A program made the position numbers and the translations under genes. From Amoebophrya sp. A120 (taxonomy: Eukaryota > Protista > Dinoflagellata), in assembly GCA_905178155.1 (NCBI GenBank), contig CAJINV010000006.1, forward strand, positions 2,297,700 through 2,361,699: 64,000 nucleotides of DNA, read 5' to 3'. Below the pieces are notes generated by a model. That model did not search any database. It was not told where the DNA came from and was given only the letters and a program-made list of their open reading frames with translations. Below, one piece after another: positions 26,201 through 38,838 of the stretch; position 1 is the stretch's first letter, and the number at the start of each line of letters is the position of its first letter.

Positions 26201-27127
26201 TGCGCTATTCATTTGCAATTCGCTTGCGGCTTGGCGGGATTTCATCCCTTCACTCCGGCTACTACCGTTGGTGGTCCCGGCTTGCAGAAAGTTGGTCTTC
26301 ATGATAGGCAACGGCAGCTGCCCAGCACCATCCCTGCTAGTACTACTTCCCTCATTCACCTCCAGCAGCACAGACGATGGCCTCCGCTTGTGCTCGTACA
26401 CGGTGCGTTATGAGAGTGCACAACTCTCCCTCCCCTGATTTGTCATGCAAAATCCCAAATCTACCTCCTGGTCCTGCCTGTTAGCACTTTTTGCATGAGA
26501 GATTCCGAAAGCCAAAACGGCCCTTCAATCCTCTACGAATTTGTCATGCAAAAGCTGCATCTTTGCCAGCACTTGCGTTGCTGTTCATGCAACACAAATT
26601 CAAATGAGGGGGCGGGGGTGGAGTTGTGCACTCTCATATGCGCTCCGCGGCACCGAGGTCCAGCGCAGTACCGACATTCGACCAGGGGGAGGAAGCGTGT
26701 GCTGAGTAAAAACGTCCCCACCCCAGAGTTGTCACGCAAGGACGCATGCCCAAAATGTTTCTCTTGCGGAGCCCCGTGACAGGAGTTTTCTAGTCAGGTT
26801 TTGGAATTTGTAATGCTCCAATCACCATGGTAGGCGGAATTTGTGATGCTTCTGAACGATGTAAACAAGATTACAGCAAAAGGCCGAGTTTGTCATGCGC
26901 AACACCCTAAGCGTGTAGATTTGTCTAGCAGATTTCCCATCTTCACTATGGAGTGGGGACGTTTTTACTCAGGATAAAGCGAGGGCCTTCTTCGCCGCTG
27001 TGGAAGCGGTTTTACTTGCTGAAGAGAAGACAGAGAAACCGGCGGTCACGTGCAGGAAAGTCGTCGTCTTGACAAGAAACTTGCTCATGTTTTCGCGAGG
27101 TCGAGGTGCCGCTGCCACGGGCCGCAT
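23273..27127 (-). CDS. Hypothetical, probably secreted protein with coiled coil and C-terminal Cys domain; ~10 introners plus 2 GT-AG introns
   Basis: Reconstructed MSKFLVKTTTFLHV...AERT|VYEHK... and C-terminus WDQCVKFAREVK|SHNVFGTELVRTWKSTCEPAVLSGVATER|YKLMCDSLGGAV|ERFSNQVDYNVFALCDA|VLTVFHDVLA*. Junction near 24956-25090 unresolved. Confidence 0.65.
23310..23552. mobile_element. Introner family B, degenerate
   Basis: TSD ccgcg. Confidence 0.85.
23612..23871. mobile_element. Introner family B inserted in the terminus of a D element
   Basis: TSD aagta overlaps the TA of the D element. Confidence 0.85.
23875..24149. mobile_element. Introner family D
   Basis: TIR tatgacagcgcacaact; decayed TSD cgaag/caccg. 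Confidence 0.75.
24187..24402 (-). other. Canonical GT-AG intron containing a TIR relic
   Basis: GTACAGT...ATACAAG; removal gives ATER|YKLMC. Confidence 0.65.
24494..24667. mobile_element. Introner family A
   Basis: TSD cttca. Confidence 0.85.
24760..24921 (-). other. Canonical GT-AG intron
   Basis: GTACTTG...AATAAG; joins GGSGS-G-SAPG. Confidence 0.65.
25391..25625. mobile_element. Introner family C
   Basis: TIR tatggcgttctcaaatgttacattctcaac; TSD gttcc. Confidence 0.9.
25725..25874. mobile_element. Introner family A
   Basis: TSD ttgca. Confidence 0.9.
26010..26200. mobile_element. Introner family A, degenerate
   Basis: TSD decayed (cttgc/tgcgc), but removing element plus 5 nt keeps the frame. 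Confidence 0.65.
26409..26638. mobile_element. Introner family D
   Basis: TSD tgcgt/tgcgc. Confidence 0.9.
26698..26976. mobile_element. Introner family F
   Basis: TGT..ATA; TSD aagcg. Confidence 0.85.
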
Positions 27128-27588
27128 GCCACGGGCTGCAGCTGCCCTCGTAGTTCACAAGGGCAACACTCTCTGTGGTCGCCTCCGGGGCTCTGAGTGC
27201 GTGCTTCTGTTCCTCTTCCTCCCGCCACGGGGGTTCAGGTTTTCTAAAATTCTTATACGCTTATTTTTCCATTTCCTATTGGCACACTACAACTGCTGGT
27301 GATTGTGACGACCACACAAGTGCTTGTGCTCCTCCCTCTCTCTGTAGACCCTGCGCTTCTATAAATGTGTCGACTTCGCTTGATGAGGACATCAAGTTGA
27401 TGAGAATGTGCCTTTGTTTTTCGCAAAACCAAAAGCCAAAGCCCCATTAGTTCTTACATTTGACTTTTCCTCGTCTCCGCTCGGAGCTGAAGACTGTGTC
27501 ATCTCTGGTGCCTCTCTCTCATCTGGTGGTAAGTCGTGGTCGTTTTGTCTTCTGCTCATTGATTCTAGTTCTACTTTCTAGTAGAGAA

Positions 27589-27651
27589 AATCTTTTAATG
27601 AAGCAATAGCAAATCTGTATTACAGATTTGCTATTGCTTCATTAAAAGATT
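27589..27651. repeat. Perfect inverted repeat, 31-bp arms with 1-nt loop
   Basis: aatcttttaatgaagcaatagcaaatctgta-t-tacagatttgctattgcttcattaaaagatt. Confidence 0.95.
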
Positions 27652-29250
27652 ACAGTGTAATCCTCGTGCTCGCAGTAATCAAGAGTTTGAAGCGCGGTGC
27701 ACCACCAGCTCCGAACAATATCAGGAACACCAATTCAAAATAATCACCTGCTCCTTCTACTGCAGGCCTATCAAATTTGCACACGGCTTCCCCGCTGCAT
27801 CTTCTACCCGCGGGGGGTCGTGAAAGTGTAGTTCTATCGATCTTTTTAATTTTATTCTTCCAGCCTTATTGCGTGGCGCCAGTTTCAATTTAGTCGCGTT
27901 CTTGTTTTACATCTCTAACGTGCGAGAAGAATGTTGGAGGTCCTCACTGGAACGAAAACGAAATGTTGGTCAGAATGATCCGTTGAGTGCAGCGTCTTAA
28001 ACCTACTTCACACCACCAGTGAGTCTTCAACATTTTCCACAGATGAGGATATCATCTTCGCGACACTTTATGTTTGGCTGTTCAACGAGGGGGCTCGTCG
28101 TCAGCAAGTGGAGGATCAAAAAAAACAGCGACACGACGACGATCTGCTACTACCTCGGGGCTTGCTCTACTTTGGCCTCTGCTGAGAAGCTGCATGAACA
28201 GCAGGGCATGGTGCTACTGCTTCTCCAAAATGTAAGCACCTGTGTTAGTAAGTTGCCGGCAGAAGTTGCAACATCGGGTTTTCTTTCTCTGGAACGAGGT
28301 CAGTGCCGCTGCTCCTCGTGATGTGATTTTACTCCACCACGGACCTGCTCAAGGACCACAAGGGGATACCTTGCAGCTCCCGCACACAATCAATGGCTCC
28401 CGGCGTCGTCGGACAAAATTTTCCGAAACTCTATGTGTTCGAGCGCGGCTGCAGTTATGGGCAAGGTCGTGGTTTTCTGGCTAAAATAAAGCGAAATCGG
28501 ATACAATATGCTGGGTGAGGCTGAAAGATTTCTGATGACTTCGGGTCATGTCTACAAGTGATAAAAGCAAAGCTAATATCCTGCGGGGAAATAACAGGCA
28601 CAAAAATCTTCAACGGGGCTATACTGATCTAATTATCAAGGGGATACCTTGATATTAGTGCGTCTTTATGTATGAAACGATACGGTCAGATGCTTTCGTA
28701 GTTTTGGAATTAAACATTTCTCACCTTCTCGTGTTGCAACTAACTAAAAATTTCTTTCGTGAAAAAAAAAAACTGAATATACTATGCATGGATATGGAAC
28801 ATAACGTAATTTGAACAAATAAAAATCGGAAAACATCAAAATTGGATCGACTTTGACGTTGTTGAATTTGGTAATGATGTATGAAATAAAATTGCACATG
28901 GAAAAAAATTCGTAAAAATTCTAGGCTGCTGGGCTTCCTTTTGAACCGCCATGAAACACGGTAGACAGCAGGTTGATTTCATAACATGATACTGATGTCG
29001 AGGTTATTCAGACGTTGCATTTTCTTTTTCATTTTCTATCCAAAAGCGTGAGGAAAATTTAGTCTTAGTGCGCATTTCTAAAAATAACGTCGGGCCCGAA
29101 GGCAGAAAAAAATTTTCGTAAAGCTAAAGACTGGAGTGACCACCACTATGGTACGCACGTGCACGGCAGTTCTTGTTAGCGATGTCAGTAGAGCTGCCCA
29201 CCGCCTCCATCCTCCGCTAGACGTACTTTTTTTTAAAAAGTACCACCTGC

Positions 29251-32200
29251 TCACAACAATCCATCAAACATGCCCCCGCCGCCCTGGCTCGTCTTCGGTT
29301 CCTGCTTGGCCTTTGCAGACGATCGGCGCGCGGCCTGCGAAGCTCGCTGCGACTGCTCCGGCTGCTGAGTCTCCTCAACTCCAACTCCCGGCTGCTGCAG
29401 CTGACTGCCCATGATTTGCTGGGTCACCGGCGCGTTTGACGCCCGGTTGGACTGACGGCCAAAGATTCCGGTCTTAATCGCTTCTCCACCCACCGGACCA
29501 CCTGAAGACCGTTGCGAGGTTGGTGCGCCAGCTTGTTCTTGCGTGCCCGAAACCCGCGCGATGACCTCCTGCTGTGTCGGGTCGGTGCCCAGGGGAAAGG
29601 AGCCAGATTGGCCGTACAGCGGGGACGTAGGTGTTGACCCAATGTCCGCTGGCGCCAAGAGTTGCCCGTCCGTTCCGACCTGGTATTGTTGTTCCTGTTG
29701 CAGGAGTGCCGTAGCTGCTGGGTCGGCGGTCTGCTGGTCCGGGGACGTCGGAGGTGCAACGCGGCCCATGGAGGCCAGGGCCCCGGATTTCAGTGCGTCA
29801 GTGATTTGCGCGGAGGTCAGCTGCTTCGTCAGCGACGAACCGGGCGAGGGGGCCTTCGCACCCACCGGTGACAGGCCTCCCGGCGCGCCGCCCGGCTGCC
29901 GCGGAACGGCGGTTGGGGCCGGCGTTTGCTGTCCTTTGACGAGGAGGATGACGACCAAGCAAATGACGAGAGGGATAGCGATACATCCGATCGCAATGCA
30001 GAAGTAGCAGCAGCAGGCAGCACAGCCAGTTAAGTAGCCAAGCGGCCAGCTTCCGCTGTGAGTCTCGTCCACGTAGTCCTCTTCATTGTGCTCGTGTCCG
30101 TGGGTCGACGAGTTGTTCGAAGCGATACACCGGGGGTTGTCGACCGATTCGTCTTGAGTGGAGTCGAAATCTGGGTTCTCGACAAACCCCTCCTGGCAGG
30201 TAGCTTCCCCACTCCGGTGGGTGGAACCCCCCGGGTAAATGAACTCACAGCACTCGTGCTGATGTGGCACGTTCTTCTCCGGAGAGTCTTCCAACTGGTG
30301 GTCGGCCGGCACGAATTGATTCTCCGTAGGACTCTCTATGCAAGAAAAAAACTGTGTGTAGTGAAAGTCTACGTTTATAAAATGCAATAAAGAATGTACT
30401 TAGCACAATATTTACACTAACTTATCATGCCAGACAGCCACGAGGTTTTCCCCTTACCCTTGATTTCATACATATTAAATTATGTTTTTTCATTTTCACA
30501 CGCTAGCCATGCATAGGACAGGCTTTGATTTGCCTGTCATGTAGAGCAAGTTTGTGATGCTGTCAGCTGCTCAACAAAGTTCTTACGCTGACACAGTTTT
30601 TTTCCTGGGTACTCTCGCAGGTGGCTTCATTGAAGCTGCGGCTCGCGCAGATGTCCGGCGAACAAACTTTGGCGTCCTCGGCAAGAAGTTCGCTCGGGTC
30701 GGGCTTGCCTTCATCGGTCTCACTTAAATTGGCCAGCACGTCAGCTTTTTGGTCCCCCTGCTCTCCCGGGTGGCGAATCGAAATCTTGATTGCCGGTTTC
30801 GAAGACGAGCGGTCATGATCATCATCGTGATCGCCCCATAAAAACATCCGCGACAGCGCCGCGGATTTCTCCTGGTAAAACCGCTGAAATTTGGTCGACC
30901 ACAGCTCGGCTTGCAGGAAAGAAGTAGAGGAGCTGCTCTATGACAGTGCACAACTCCCCGTCCCCCTCATTTGTCATGCAAAATTCCAAATCCAGGCTGT
31001 ATTTCTTGGCACAGTTTGCATGACAAACTTCGGAAGCCCAAAAAATAGCACAACACTCCTGTGGAAATTTGTCATGCAAAACCGGCATTCTTGCTGACGC
31101 TTGTATTTCCGTTCATGCTATACAAATGAGGGGGAGGGGGGGTTGTGCACTCTCATATGCTCGAAGATGCTCCCACGAGCGGAGCCGCCCCGGCGCTGTC
31201 CAGCTTGCCCAGCTGTTTTTCCAGGTCGTAGTCGTTCGCTGCACTAGAATATCAAACGCAAAAGTGTCTGGGTCTGGAAGAGTCATGCTGTAGTTTTTGC
31301 ATGACACAGAAGGTCTGGCATGGAAGCTCTAGCATCACAGGTTTCGCGAGGCGTTCGCAATGCCGCATCCACATGGCAAATCCCTGACTTTGGTGACAGA
31401 AAGTAGGCAACTTTTGCTGCCTACGCATGAGAGATTTTTCTGTGTTCCTTCTGAAATGCGCATCACAAGTTTATATTCTTCCAGACCCAGACATTTTTGC
31501 ACTTGATACAGAAGCTCCCGCGAGAGTGTCTTGCTCGGCCAGCTCCTTTAAGTGCTCCGCAATGGCGCGAACCGACGGGTCCCCCATCTTCAGCTTGCAC
31601 TGCCCCTGCGTCTGATTCATGGCCTGGAAGGTGCAACACGCAGACCGCTGCGTCTCCTCGGCGGTGGGCTGTTTGTTTTTAGGAAGAGAAAATGCATACT
31701 ATGCGACAGATTCTGGCGACAACATGAACTACAGGCCCTGTGTCTTTCTTCTCACACGGTCCGTCTACTTCACATTATGACGAAGATATAGAAGATGATG
31801 AAGAAGATCTCCTCTACTACGTACGTGATCAACCTTTGTAAGTTGACTTCGTCCATAAACCCTAGCTAGAAGTGCTGAAGTGGTCGTAACGTAATCATTA
31901 GTAATTGAGTAAGCAAGTACCTCCCGCCCCTCCATCACGGTGCCCTCGCACTGTTCTTTCGCGCCCTGCAAGTGCAGGCTTGCTTCCGTCAACCCTTGTC
32001 CGCAGTCCACATCAAGGCAAGCGCCACTCGGTTTTCCGGTCTCCATATCCAACACAGTTTCGCAGCGGGGCTTGGAAGTGTCATCTTCCTCGACAAATTT
32101 GTCCTCTCCATCAGACTCCTCCGGTACACCCGGCTGAAAGCAGGGCAACTGCTTCATGTCCTCGTAATGCTGCCACTCCGTCATCGGCTTGGAACTGAGC

Positions 32201-35200
32201 CAGCACTGCGATATCCAGGAAAAAAACTGTGTAAGTGTAACTTTGTAGGTGTAGGTGTAGGAAGAGCAGCATCACAAATTGATTTCGCATTACAGGGAGA
32301 ACCTGTCATGCGCAGGTAGTAAGTATGTGAAAACACGCATGAAAGTGACCTATGACGCACATCCAGCATGACAATCGTATACGCTTGTGCATTTTCTGCA
32401 TCACAGACTATTACACTCACAGAGTTCTCTCCTTGGATATGCGACATCCGCCATTCAATGGGCGAGTTCGCGCGCTTCTTGGGCGGGGAAAAGAGGAAGG
32501 ACTTGCATTTCTGCACGGTCGGCTGCTCCCCATACCCCGGGTTGTTCTCCGCCTGGCACAACCGCTCACAGACCAGGGAGTTCCATTGCAACATGTAACG
32601 GTTGTAAAATCCGTCCTCAGGCTTGGGGACAATCATGGCCTCGAAGTTCAACATTTGCATGTTATCCGCGGAACTACCTCCCGAGGACAACACTTGGCCG
32701 CTTTATGCATTGCAAATATGTCTGGGTCTGGATTTGTGATGCGAGAATTGAAGGACAGGAAGATCTGTAATGCATGAATGCGAAGATGCGCCAGTTTTTT
32801 TGTCGTGCTGGAAGAAGTTTGTCATGCGTTTTATGAATGAATCAGCAACCAGCCTTGCCAAACTTCTGATGCTATTATGCCGTATAAGCGGCTACCCTCT
32901 GAATCTGAAAATGCGAGTGTCAGCAACACAAATTTCCAAACCCAGATATATTTGCAATGCATATGCTTTGTTGTAGACGGACCGATGTCTGGCTCATCCT
33001 CATGGCCATCGCCTTCTGGTCGGCATTTATGGCGCTCTCAACTGTTACATTCTCAACTGTTACATGATTTGTCATGCAAAAACAGCAATTGGGGAAGGGG
33101 CAAGCTTGCAAGTCTTGCATCACAAATTTGGCATGGATTTAGATGCTATTTAGCCCTTCGACAATTTGTCATGCGAAGCAGCTTGATTGTCTTGCGGCTC
33201 ATGGTCATTTTGCATGACCAATCATGTAACAGCTGAGAATGTAACGTTTGAGAACGCCATAGCATTTTGGTACGTCGTGTGATCATGATCGTGGTCATGA
33301 TCGTGGTCGCCCCGACGCTGCTCCGCGAGGGCCTGATAATCCATCCGGGCGGAAGTTCTTTTTGTGCTGTCGAGCTTCTTCGCCTCGAACAGAAACGAGG
33401 ACGCCGCATCAACATCACTGCTGCTGCTTGGAAGTAGACCTTCCAGAAAGGACGACCCAGCCTGTGGCGGGGGGGTCGTGCTGTTCAAATGCGGTTCCAC
33501 TTTCTCCCAAGTCTGCGTGCCGTTGTTGTACAGCATGTCGGACCCGGCAATATGACAGTTCACAACTCCCCCTCCCCCTCATTTGTGTAGCATGAACGGC
33601 AATTATACAAGCGCCAGCCAGAATGCAGGCTGTGCATGACAAATTCAAATTTGCACTCAGGATTGTAGTGCCATTTGGGCAGCTGCCAGAACTTGTCATG
33701 CAAACAGGGCTAAGAGGCACAGCCTGGATTGGGCATTTTGCATGACAAATGAGGGGGAGGGGGAGTTGTGCACATTCATAGGCAATCTGCCGCGGACACA
33801 AGCTCAGATCCGCGCCCTGGATTTTCACGAAGGAGAATATCAAATCCAAAAATCCCTGGAGGTCTGGAACAAAGCAACTTGTCATGCTAAATTTGAATCA
33901 TGCAAAAATTTGCGTTGCATCATTACCAAAATCTGTCCACCTCTGACCTAATCGCGAGGCAGTTTCTCATGCAGGATTGGCATGATACAACTCTCACAGA
34001 ATCTGTCATGCTATGTCCTACATACCAGGCCTCATGGGTCATGGAAAACTCGCATGACAAGTCTGGCATTCTTCCAGACATCCAGGTATTTTTGCAGTTG
34101 ATAGAGAAAGTAGATCCACTAGTCGCGGACGATCGCCTCGTTCGGCCCGTCAACAAGAAAGAGGACGAATTTGTTGAATCTCCCCCGGCGGTCGTTGCAT
34201 TTGCATCCTGCAGCCCTTCGGCAACAGTATCAATGATCTCCTCTTCCTCCTCCTTGAAATACACGGGGCAGAAGGCGGAGCCGGAGTGCTGGCTCCAGTC
34301 GGCCCGCTTCACCCAGGTGTCCCGAGCCGTGGCGAGTAGTGTTAGTGCAGCCGGAGTTGTGGCGTTTATCGAATGCAAATTTATCGATCTGGGTCTGGAA
34401 GATTTTTGCTAGATTTGATGTCCTCAAGCCTGTGTGACATGTACTCAACGAGACTCCGTGAAGATGCGTATCGGCATCGACGGAAAATAAGGTCCTCTAC
34501 TTACGACCTGTGATGCAAAAACGCAGTTTATTGCCATGCGGAAAAATACGCAATAAACAGCGGCCCAAGAATTTGCCAACATGCTCGGCTGCGTATTCTT
34601 CCAGTGCGCCTACGCTTAGCACTCGCTCTTAGCATCACAACTGTCCAGACCCAGACATACTTGCACCTGATAGCGTTGCCCAGGGTTTCGCTGCCACCAG
34701 TCGCGCTGGTCGCATCCGCACCCACACCGCCAGCACCCGCACCGCCGGCACCCGCACCGCCGGCACCCACACCGCCGGCACCCGCACCGCCGGCACCCGC
34801 ACCGCCGGCACCCGCGCCGCCGGCACCCGCGCCGCCGGCACCCGCGCCGCCGGCACCTGCACCGCCGGCACCCGCACCGCCGGCACCCGCACCGCCGGCA
34901 CCCGCGCCGCCGGCACCCGCACCGCCGGCACCTGCACCGCCGGCACCCGCACCGCCGGCACCCGCACCGCCGGCACCCGCACCGCCGGCATCCGCCGCAT
35001 CCGCATCCGCGTCCTCGTGCAGCCTCTGCTCCATGTTTATCTCAATGAACGAAGCAGCACTAGCCGCTGTCTATCGTACGAAAAAAGTGTGTCACTGTAA
35101 GGATCTTGCAAGTTTTGCATCACGCGTTTGCTCTACATCACAGAGAAAATTTCCCATGCAAAGTTCCTAAGGGAAAACACAGCTAAAAATCCACTGTCTT

Positions 35201-38200
35201 GCATGTGTAGCAATACAAATCCTTCTGAGATACTATTTCTGCATTACAAGTTTACAGTGAAACACTTTTTTTCTGCGATACTGTCGGGCTGGTCTGCAGT
35301 GTCATCTCCACACCGTGCGCATTCGTTCCAGAGTCGATGGGGACGCTGCTCTGCTGCAGCTGCTATCCCGGGGAAAAATCCCCCCTCCCCATATCGAAAA
35401 GGCACGTCGCAGAAAATTTGCAATGCTGATTTGCGACCACAAATGATCTCTGTCTTGCAAGAAGGCAACTTCACAGGCTCCGCTGCACTATGCAGGCGTT
35501 TTGTGATGCTGTTTGGCCTACGGCGCAGACGTTTGCGTTTCTCATGCTAAGCGCCTAGGCCAAAACCTCTCAACTCAGGCTTGATGTGGGCCTGCAGTCC
35601 TCTTCAGCAAGACAAATCTGATTTGTGTACTCAAATCCAGCATCACAAATATTGCTTTCGATATGGGGAGGGGGGATTTCTCCTTTTGATAGCTGCACCT
35701 GGTTGTTCAGCAAATGGTGTTCCGACATGGCGTGCGTTTCGTAGTACCTCTGCTGCTATCAAATGTAAAAATGTCTGGGTCTGGAAGAATGCAACCTGTC
35801 ATGCTAAATCTGAAGCATGCGCAAATCTGTGTTGCATGATTACCAAAAGTAGTCGTCCTGTTTTCACCAAGTCGGGAGGGAGTTTCTCATGCGGAATAGG
35901 CATGAGAGAGATCGCACAGAATCTGTCATGCTAGGTCCTGCATTCCAGACCTCATGGGTCATGGAAAACCTGCATCACAAATCTTGCATTCTTCCAGACC
36001 CAGACATTTTTGCATTTGATAGCTGCCACTCCAGCCCGCCGGCTGGGCATTCGAACGTGCTGGAACCATCGTCCGTGATGCCCTCCATCTCGGGATGCAT
36101 GCGCAGCAGGTCGCGCGGCTCACCCTGGTACCCCACGTAAGCCGCGAGCGTCCCGGCGGGCGGAGCGAGCTCCTCACCTTTCGAGGTTCCCGCCACGGTT
36201 TCCGCCGTCACGTTCTTGATTCCCGTGTTTATCATCAGTTCCTCCTCGGGCGTCAGCTGCGCTACGGCTGCTTCCGCATAGAGCAGCCGGCAGAAGGACA
36301 GTCCGGGCAAATAACTGGCACCATCCACTTCCGTCCCGTTCACGCCGACACCGTTGGCGTCTCGGTACCCGACCACCTCGAACCCGTCGCAGTTGGCCGC
36401 AAATTTGTCGCACACACTCGCGCACCAATGGAGGGCCGCTGGGTAGCTGTAGAAAAACCTGCCACCGTTCGCATTGATGAACTGGTTAACCTGCGGACTG
36501 GGAGGCTCCTGGATGCCCGTGACCACGTCGGGAAGCAGCATTTTTTCGATGTTGTCAAATTCGTACAATCCGTCAGCACTCGGACTCGCGTCCGCCTGCG
36601 GCACAATGGGGAAGACAAAGGTAGACTGCGACGCGTAGCTGGTGGCGCAGGTGTATCAAATGTAAAAATGTCTGGGTCTGGAAGATTCTGAGACTTGTCA
36701 TGCATGTTTTGCCTGGGCCATGATGTCTGTGATGCACGCCCTAGCATCACAGATTTTTTGAGGGCCCCGCGATGCCTATTCCGCATGACAAATGCCCTCT
36801 CCGCGTAGCAAAAATTACACTCCCTTTGCTGCTCATGCAATACAGATTTTTTTGGAATCCAAATTTAGCATCACAAGTTCCAATCTTCCAGACCCAGACA
36901 TTTTTACACTTGATAAGGTGCTGTTTGCCACCATGGAGTAGACGTTCGCGCGGGGAAGGTCATGATATCATTTGTAAAAACGTCCCCACCCCAGAGTTGT
37001 AATGCAAATCTGCATGCTGAGAATGTTTCTCATGCGGAGACCCATGAGAGGCAGTCTCTATTCGTGTTGTGGGATTGGTGATGCTAGAATCAGCATGATG
37101 TGCTAGATCTGTGACGCTGCTGAACAAGCTAAACAGGATTACACTGCGAGGCCAAACTTGTCATGCGCGACAGCAAAAGCTGACAGATTTGTCTAGCAGA
37201 TTTCCCAGCTTGACTCTGGTCGTGGGGACACGTTTTTACTCAGGATACATGAGTCACCTCCTTCAGTTCCCCCGTCGCGCTGTCGTGAACCATGCGCGGC
37301 GGAATGGTATCAAATGCAAAAATGTCTGGGTCTGGAAGGATGCAACTTGTGATGCTGAATTTGGATTCTACAAAAATCTGTATTGCGTGAACAGCAAAAG
37401 AGGTCCAGTTTTTGCCACGGCGAGAGGGCATATCTCATGCGGTACAGGCATCAGGAAGCCCTCACAAAATCTGTGATGCTAGAGCCTGCGTCACAGACTT
37501 CAGGAGTCATGCAAAGTGTGCATGACAAACCTTGCATCCTTCCAGACCCAGACATTTTTGCAGTTGATAAATGGGGTAGCAGGACCACTTGTTCCGCTGG
37601 CGGATCAGATTGAAGTAATGGTATCCCAGCTGCGCTGTCAGCGCTTGGCACTTGTGTTTCACGTAGTCCGCTGTGTAGGCTCCCTGCATCTTCTCCTTTT
37701 GTTGCTGATAGTACGCGTAGTTCAGGTCCTCGTCCTTTGGTAAATCGTACCATTTCACGGTCAGATCGTCCGCGACGTCTTCCAAATCCTGCATCGGGGT
37801 GAGGTGCCCCTCGGCGTTTTGGTAGTACGCCGGGAACAAATTGGATCCTGCACCCGCAGCTTCTTCAGCGCCGTCATAGATCACTGCGACCGGAGGGGTG
37901 GTCAAAATGTACTGCGTCAAATTTAAATCGATAGTAGTGTCGTTCTGCAGGAGCTTTTCGACCGCGGTCAAGTAAAATTCTCTCGCGGCCAATGCCGCCG
38001 AGGTACTCAGGTCCACGCGGGGGATGATGGAGTAAGAGTCGTCGTAGAGATCGTCGGTGCATCAAATGCAAAAATGTCTGGATGTCTGGAACATAGCAGC
38101 AACTTGTCATGCTAAATCTGAATCATGTATAAAATCTGTGTTGCATGATTACCAAAAGCTGTTCACTTTTGACCTGATCGCGACGCAGTATGTCATGCAG

Positions 38201-38838
38201 GATAAGCATGGTAGAACGTCGCTCACAGAATCTGTCATGCTATGTCCTACATACCAGACCCGATGGGTCATGGAAAACCTGCATGACGAGTCTGGCCTTC
38301 TTCCAGACCCAGACATTTTTGCATTTGATACGGTACGCCAGATTTCGTCGGCCTGGGTTGGGAAGGCGCAGGGAGGTGCTTGTTCCTCCTCAGAGGCTCC
38401 TTCGGCATTCTGATTCTCGTCGTGTTCATGGTCAGCATATCCCGCATTGTGATCATCCCTCGTCTCCGTGCGCTGCACGATCAGGTGTTTTTGTTTTTCC
38501 ACCTGGATTTTGCTGACAAAAGAATCTTTCCTCTCCTTTCCAGCACGAGAACTACGAGAGGACATCACTAGGCCGTAGCTGCTCTTCTGCGACGTAGTTG
38601 TGGCCCTCCTCCTGCTTGTTTCATCCACCTCGTCGTTCCCGCCCTTGTTTATTCGCCTCTCCGCCGCGACGGCGGCAAGCTGCGTCTTCCGGTAGCGGTC
38701 GACACGAAACGAGGGTCGCTTGCTCGCGTCGGCCACCGTCTGTACGGCGGCAACTGTGCTGGGACCTCCATTTCCCAGTGGGGAGGAGGTGACGATCGCA
38801 ATTGCGGCGAGTCCCGTGGTGGAGATGCTGTTGCTCAT
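29251..38838 (-). CDS. Type-I membrane adhesin-like protein (~1699 aa) with PAN/apple-like domains and a (GGAGA)n tract; 16 introners plus 1 GT-AG intron
   Basis: Hydrophobic N-terminus MSNSISTTGLAAIAIV; apple-like WCASVCDKFAANCDGFEV..CRLL and CERLCQ..CKSFLF..QCWL; TM CIAIGCIAIPLVICLVVILLV; spliced length 5100 nt, divisible by 3. Confidence 0.8.
30337..30611. mobile_element. Introner family G
   Basis: TAT..GTA; TSD ctctc. Confidence 0.85.
30939..31157. mobile_element. Introner family D
   Basis: TSD tgctc. Confidence 0.9.
31250..31508. mobile_element. Introner family B
   Basis: TSD tagaa/cagaa. Confidence 0.9.
31669..31920 (-). other. Canonical GT-AG intron
   Basis: GTACTTG...AAACAG; joins EGRE|PTAEETQRSACCTF. 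Confidence 0.75.
32212..32439. mobile_element. Introner family G
   Basis: TSD tgcga. Confidence 0.9.
32704..32963. mobile_element. Introner family B
   Basis: TSD cgctt/tgctt. Confidence 0.9.
33028..33261. mobile_element. Introner family C
   Basis: TSD gcatt. Confidence 0.9.
33551..33780. mobile_element. Introner family D, opposite orientation to 30939
   Basis: TSD ggcaa. Confidence 0.9.
33838..34103. mobile_element. Introner family B
   Basis: TSD gagaa. Confidence 0.9.
34367..34672. mobile_element. Introner family B
   Basis: TSD gcgtt. Confidence 0.85.
34724..34990 (-). repeat. 15-bp coding tandem repeat (~18 units) encoding (GGAGA)n
   Basis: Repeating gcaccgccggcaccc. Confidence 0.95.
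35072..35280. mobile_element. Introner family E
   Basis: TIR ..gaaaaaagtg..tcactgtaa; TSD ctgtc. Confidence 0.9.
35364..35691. mobile_element. Introner, singleton TIR type
   Basis: TIR aaatcccccctccccatatcgaaa; TSD gctgc. Confidence 0.9.
35757..36021. mobile_element. Introner family B
   Basis: TSD gctgc. Confidence 0.9.
36654..36915. mobile_element. Introner family B
   Basis: TSD aggtg. Confidence 0.9.
36966..37247. mobile_element. Introner family F
   Basis: TSD catga. Confidence 0.9.
37308..37569. mobile_element. Introner family B
   Basis: TSD aatgg. Confidence 0.9.
38060..38330. mobile_element. Introner family B
   Basis: CAT..ATA; TSD cggtg/cggta. Confidence 0.85.

Noticed and set aside
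31560-31600. Apparent frameshift after the GT-AG intron
   Set aside because: A recount shows five G residues (ATG GGG GAC), so the frame is intact
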